Source: Antechinus flavipes
Lineage: Eukaryota
DNA length: 64,000 nt
NCBI RefSeq assembly: GCF_016432865.1
Contig: NC_067400.1
Span: 63,922,001-63,986,000, forward strand
Reading direction: 5' to 3'
The notes beneath the pieces are model-generated. The model was given only the letters and a program-made list of their open reading frames with translations. It did not search any database and was not told the origin of the DNA. Below, one piece after another: positions 58,762 through 64,000 of the stretch (position 1 is its first letter; each line of letters begins with the position of its first letter). Both the position numbers and the translations under genes were made by a program.

Positions 58762-61260
58762 ATGGAAGAACTGGAACAGGGTCTGCTGACCCAACCATGG
58801 GCCTGGCTGCAGCTTTCAGAGGACTCCCTTCTGGCCAAGGCCTGCATCCTGACGGACAAGGGCTATGCCATTCTTCTCTCTGACCTCCAGCATGTGTGGC
58901 ACGAGCAAGTGGACACGAGGGTGGTCAGCCAGAGGGCCAAGGTAAATGTGGGGGGTAGGAATGGCAGAAGGCAGTGTGCTCTCCACCCGGTAAAGCCCAG
59001 GAGGACACACCCCCAAATTAGGGCTTTTGGAATGGAAGAATTAGTGGAACATAATAGAAAGGACCCAGCGCTGGAAACCAAGACATTTGGGACTAGCTTT
59101 GTCCCTTTAGACAAAGCATTTAATTTGGGGGGGGGGTCTGTTTCCTCAGCTAGAAAATGAGAAGACTGGATCACCTGAGTTTCAGCTAAAAGCCTCTTCT
59201 GTCATTGAAATTCTATTTGCAATAATTCAGAGTGAACATTCTTTCGCTTTGACATTAAAGGCTCTGTGCATCCTTTTGCAGTGGGGTCTGATATTATTTA
59301 CCTTCCCATAGGCTACACTTTTGCCAAATTGGTCCTTAGGATCAAGTATTGAATCCCATCTCTGCCTTCTGCATACATGTAACTTTGGGTCTGAAACACT
59401 TCTGGGCTTCAGGTTCCTCAACTTTACAATGGGAGCTTGACTTCTATGCCTTTCATCTCCATATCGGTAGTTCTGTAATGTCCCTGAATTTTTCTGCCTC
59501 CTTGGATTTGCTTACAATGTTCCTCCTGCCAGAAAGGTCATCTCTTTCCGCCTTCCATTTGTAAAATTACCTACCCATGCCTTAAAGCACAGATAAAATG
59601 CCACCTTCCTTCCCCATGAGGGTCTGCTCTGGTCTCCCCAGTTAACAATGATCGTTGCAAGACATTAAACATTTATTAAATGCCATTGGATGCAAAGCAC
59701 TGTATTCCCAGTGAAGGGTAAAAAAGTGAAACAAAATCATTTCTTCTCAGTGAATTTATATTCCTCTGAGAAGACAAAATATGCACATTTAATTGTTTAT
59801 ATTTTTTCTCCCCCATCCTCTAGTAGAATCTGAGAGGAGTTGGGGAGATGAGGGACAGCTTTCTGGAGAAGTTAGCACCTGGTGTAAGTCTTAAAGGATG
59901 ATAAGGATTCTGAAAAGGAGAACATGCTGTTTTTTGGGGAGATTCTGAAAATAGCTATGATTGTCCACTTTGGCTGGAGTATGAAGCATATGAAGGGGCT
60001 TTTTAATGTGAAATAAAGTCAAAAGTTAAGGTTGGAAGCTGTCTAGAGATTATGGAGGATATTAAAAGTCAGTTTCCATTTTATCCTAGAGACCATTATA
60101 CAGAGGCACTGAGGATTTTGGAGAAGATCAGATCTCTGCCTTAGGAATATAATTTTGGAAGAAGTATGGGGTATGGATTAGAGGGAGAGACATCAATTAG
60201 GTGTTGTCCGAGCAAGAAGAGATGAGGAACCAGGCATGTGAATAGAGAGAAGGGGACATATATCTTGTGAGAGAAGTTTTTGATAGGATTTAATCATTTG
60301 TTGTCAGTCAGGTAAAAGGGAAAGCGAAGGATTCAAGAATGACTGAGATTACTATCCTGGGTGCCTTAAGAGGATGAAGGTCTCTTCAATACATTTATGG
60401 AAGTTTGAAATTAGGTTTTAGGGAAGAAGATGAAGCAGGCTGTCTTGAATGTTAAATTTGAAATCATCTTAAACATTCAGATGGAAATGACTAGCAGACA
60501 ATTTAATGATCTAGGACTTCATTTCAGAGTTGGATACATAGATTTTGGAGTCATCTGCATACATAATAATTGGGAACTAGCTCATGAAGCAACAGAGAAA
60601 AGGATCTAGGACTGATCTTTGGAAAATACCTGTATTTAGGGAAGTAAGAGATAGAGGATGATCCAGTAAGGAAGACTGGGAAAATCATTCAGTTGAATAG
60701 AGGAAAGTCATGGAAACCAGTGAATATCCAGGAGTAAGACATGATCAGCAACATAAAACATGAGAAAAATCTATCACATCAATATAGTTGAGGTCTTTAG
60801 TAATGGAGCAATTTCAATTAGTGTGGACTGATCTCCTAATGGTGGGATCAAATGCTACAGGGAAAGGGGCTGAAAAATGAGTTGGTGGTGAAATGAATGG
60901 GTGAAAACTAATTACCCCCAAACACTAAGGACAATCATAAGAATAAAAATGACCACCTTATTAGATTTGGAGCATTGTCTTAGGCTACTCTGTTCTGCTC
61001 TTGAAGGACATTCTGCAATCTCTGCCTCTCTTCTGGTATTCTTACAGGAGCTAAATCGGCGACTGACTGCAACTCCTTCTGCCTTCCTCTCCCACTTGAG
61101 AGACCTCATATGCACCTTGTTAGAAGGTTCGGCCGATCCCAAGGGGGCCATTTTCTCTTGTGAGCGTTTGCCAGATGGATTGACAGTGCGTGTTCGAAGT
61201 GAGCTCTCTGGTCTACCTTTTCACTGGTACTTCCAATGTGCCTTGGCCAGCCCTTCCATG
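58762..61260 (+). CDS. NHEJ1: Non-homologous end-joining factor 1 (XLF/Cernunnos), partial: first two coding exons
   Basis: Exons 58762-58941 ([18 protein letters not shown]...VVSQRAK) and 61048-61260 (ELNRRLTA...[12 protein letters not shown]...SPSM). The gene continues beyond the window. Confidence 0.95.
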
Positions 61261-61433
61261 GTGAGTGGGGAATGGCCTCATTAGGCCCTTTTTAATCTAT
61301 AGAATTCTTTTCTTGTTGGAGGAAGAGATTTTTTTTATGGTGAAAAAAAATCAGAAATATTGTTCTTTTACTTCTCTAAAACTCTTTTCCCCTAGAAGCC
61401 TTCAGGCTAGGAAAGAGGCAGACTTGAATTTTT

Positions 61434-62100
61434 TTTTTTAAACTTAACTACCACTTTATTTTAGAGGATAATTTAGCTTATAAATTATCATGCATTTGGT
61501 CCCTAAAATCCAATTCAATGGAATAATACATAAGTACAAAAAGATGAAACAATTCTTTCTTTTAAATACTCTGTACATATAAAATTAACTTTATACCAAG
61601 ATGTAAATCAAACATGAGAAATTTGAGGGGACTGTGTAGATATTGCTAAGTTTTCCACTTTTGGTACAAAATGGAATTTCTCATTTAGAGCCCCCAAATA
61701 GAGGGAGATCCTAAAAATGTATCAGACATACTTGTACACACTGGGTTTCAGTAATCTAGTTTGTATAGAAATGTTTCCATTAAATTCATATAGTCGATTT
61801 TAGAAGGAGGGACTTTTCACTTAGTCATCTGTCTAACCATCTGTCACTCTTTAACAGGCTCCCATATTTGGTAAATTGTGAAAAATTTTTGAGGCAGGTC
61901 AGTCGTCATATTTTCTCATGGTTCTACATTTTTCTTTCTGTTAATAATCACATCAATTTTGAAAAGGGAATAATATGGACATGTAGGCTGCTCTAAATCT
62001 GGTGAAACTCATGAATGTGATCAAAGGAACAAGTTCTTTCTTTTTCATTATAAATTGTAAGATATTCACGATTGCAACTTTTTGAGCTGGTACATGAGAG
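61434..62100 (-). pseudogene. C15orf48: Processed pseudogene of C15orf48 (NMES1/COXFA4L3)
   Basis: Intronless CDS remnant at 62069-61817: VNILQFIMKKKELVPLITFM.../KIDVIINRKKNVEP*ENMTTDLPQKFFTIYQIWEPVKE*QMVRQMTK*, aligning to recalled human [20 protein letters not shown]...[53 protein letters not shown] (-) at 61455-61460, poly(A) (T-run 61429-61439), imperfect TSD at 61420-61433 / 62101-62114. Confidence 0.9.
61710..61790 (-). ncRNA. mir-147-derived hairpin remnant inside the C15orf48 retrocopy (function unknown)
   Basis: Minus strand TATGAATTTAATGGAAACATTTCTATACAAACTAGATTACTGAAACCCAGTGTGTACAAGTATGTCTGATACATTTTTAGG aligns along its full length with recalled human pre-miR-147b. Confidence 0.75.
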
Positions 62101-62874
62101 AGACTTGATTCTTTCAACCTTTCCCCTTCAAAGGGAACTTGAGTTAGGTAGTTAGAATGCATTTCCACAGCTTTTTAAGGTTCACAAAGCCCATGCCATT
62201 TGTTGGCTCACTTCACAACAGCCCTGAGAGTAGATGCCATTAATCTGTAGATGGCGAACCTGAGACTGAGTTGGGATGCTTGAGAGCTAGTAAATGTCTG
62301 AGGCTGGATCTCCAGCCCAGCCCTCCGGCCTGCACACCTTAGCTTTCAGTGAAACTGGGAAATCAGCGGCGTGCATAGTCCTTTCCCTCGTGCACATTGC
62401 CAGCTGTGAATTTTCATCCTGCGCCATCCTTGTCAGTGTTATTTTCCCCTAGAATACCTTCCCAGAGGGCTCGGTGGGGCAATGGATGCAGATCTGGGAT
62501 TAGGAAGACCTGAAGTTGAATCAAGACTCAAACATCCTGGCCAGGTCATGGGAGCAGTAACTGCCCCTTCTGCCCAGGCCTGTGGTGAGAATCCAGCGAG
62601 ATAATAACTGTAAGGTGCTTATTACAGAAGATGCTTGGTAAATACCTCCTCCCTCTCCTCAGAGAACTTCAGCCGTCCATTTTGTATCACTTGTTTGTGC
62701 CCCATCACTGGCTCGCTCCCTTTTCTCCTATCTCCTCAGCGCTTCCGGGACATTTGAAGTATACCACATGCTACATGGACATATAGATAATAGGCAGCAT
62801 CCTTTCTATGTGTGCGGATAGAGAAGGCTGCACCCAAACACATAGATGGTGCAATTCACTGACAGGCCACGAGG

Positions 62875-63040
62875 AGGCAGAAAGACTGACCTTCACGAAT
62901 TCAAATGATTTAACTCTGCCTTAGTTTCCTCAATGAATTGGAGAAGGAAATGGCAAATCACTCCCCTATCTTTGCCCAGAAAACTCCAAAGGGGATCACA
63001 GAGAGTTGGACCCAGCTGACACGACTAAACAACAAAAATT
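62875..63040 (+). mobile_element. Mar1-like SINE
   Basis: CORE followed by the RTE-type tail ggagaaggaaatggcaaatcactcc...gagttggac...gactaaacaacaa. Confidence 0.75.
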
Positions 63041-63129
63041 CAGAGGATTTTGGGTAATAGGCATTTTTAGGACATCGACTTTTTCCTCTGTGGGTTATCA
63101 GTCAATTCCTTTGCATGATCATGGATTTC

Positions 63130-63275
63130 ATTGAAAAGGCCTTGTAAACATCTGGGGGAGGGGGTGGAGGGAGGGAGGGGAAAAATCAGAACAGAAGTGA
63201 GTGCAAGGGATAATGTAAAAAATTATCCTGGCATGAGTTCTATCAATAAAAAGTTATTAAAAGAAAAGAAAGAAA
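63130..63275 (+). mobile_element. LINE-1 3' end
   Basis: Same subfamily tail as 52310-52540. Confidence 0.75.
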
Positions 63276-64000
63276 AGGCCTTGTAAAGTCAGCCATGATT
63301 ACACCAAGGACCTCACCATCTCTACATCACCATTACTCTTCCATTTATTTTTTAATGTCCAGAGTACATAATATTGTGGTCAGTCTAAGTTTCTGTTTCA
63401 TACCTCACTTTATATTGCACAGATATTACAGAGTAATGCATAGAGCTAATTCTATAGAGTCTTTCAAGGATCCTTGCATAATCTTAAATAAGCAAAGGAA
63501 GCACCTTATTGGAGGAGAGCCTTTAAGGACATCCAGCATTGTCAGATCATAATAAAGGAGCAGTAAACGTAGTGGGATACTGTATTTTCCTCCCATTTCA
63601 GATGCTGGTGTGATTGTAAAAGGGGTAAGTTGATGGGGAATATTGTTTGGGAAAGCTTGCCTATTCTTCTATTTTCATTGTGAATGCTTCCAACACATGT
63701 AGCTCATTCTCCTAAAGATTTTTACAAAATTAGGAAGGTATTTTGTGAGCAACTCTGTGTGTGTGTGTGTGTGTGTATGTGTGTGTGTGTGTGTGTGTGC
63801 ATCCACACAATCTTTTAGGGCATTATTTTATCTGTGATTATCTCTGAGTTATCTTTTTTTTCTTTAAAGTATAATCAGGAAAATATTTTAACATGTATCC
63901 TTGATTTTGCATTTCTCTACTATTGTCCCTTATGACTTCTTTCTATAAAATCCATACAAATTTTTATAATTTAGTTATCAATTAGATGTGGATCTCCTTC

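Overview
Mammalian genomic DNA, almost certainly marsupial (WSINE1-like, Mar1-like and marsupial L1 repeats; dasyurid-like L1 3' ends), syntenic with human 2q35 in reverse orientation. Seven spliced protein-coding genes were reconstructed exon by exon with checked phases: ATG9A (+, all 14 coding exons, one apparent 1-nt frameshift), ABCB6 (+, 19 exons), ZFAND2B (-, 9), RETREG2/FAM134A (-, 9), CNPPD1 (+, 8), SLC23A3 (+, 12) and the first two coding exons of NHEJ1/XLF (+). An 18-kb repeat-dense intergenic block (17.8-35.8 kb) with two N gaps separates ZFAND2B from RETREG2. I found no evidence for a wholly new biological system. The most unusual elements are: (1) a full-length processed pseudogene of C15orf48/NMES1 that still carries its miR-147 hairpin, antisense in NHEJ1 intron; (2) an unidentified 696-nt phase-0/0 foreign exon with one stop inside SLC23A3 intron 9; (3) a duplicated splice acceptor that could create an alternative SLC23A3 terminal exon ending at an L1 poly(A) site; (4) tandem NRF2/NF-E2 elements in ABCB6 intron 1; (5) an AT-AC minor intron and a triplicated acceptor region in ATG9A; (6) a solo LTR with a 6-bp TSD; (7) a 1.2-kb GATA-type satellite. 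Gene identities come from my recall of the human protein sequences, not from a database search. Repeat boundaries are approximate.
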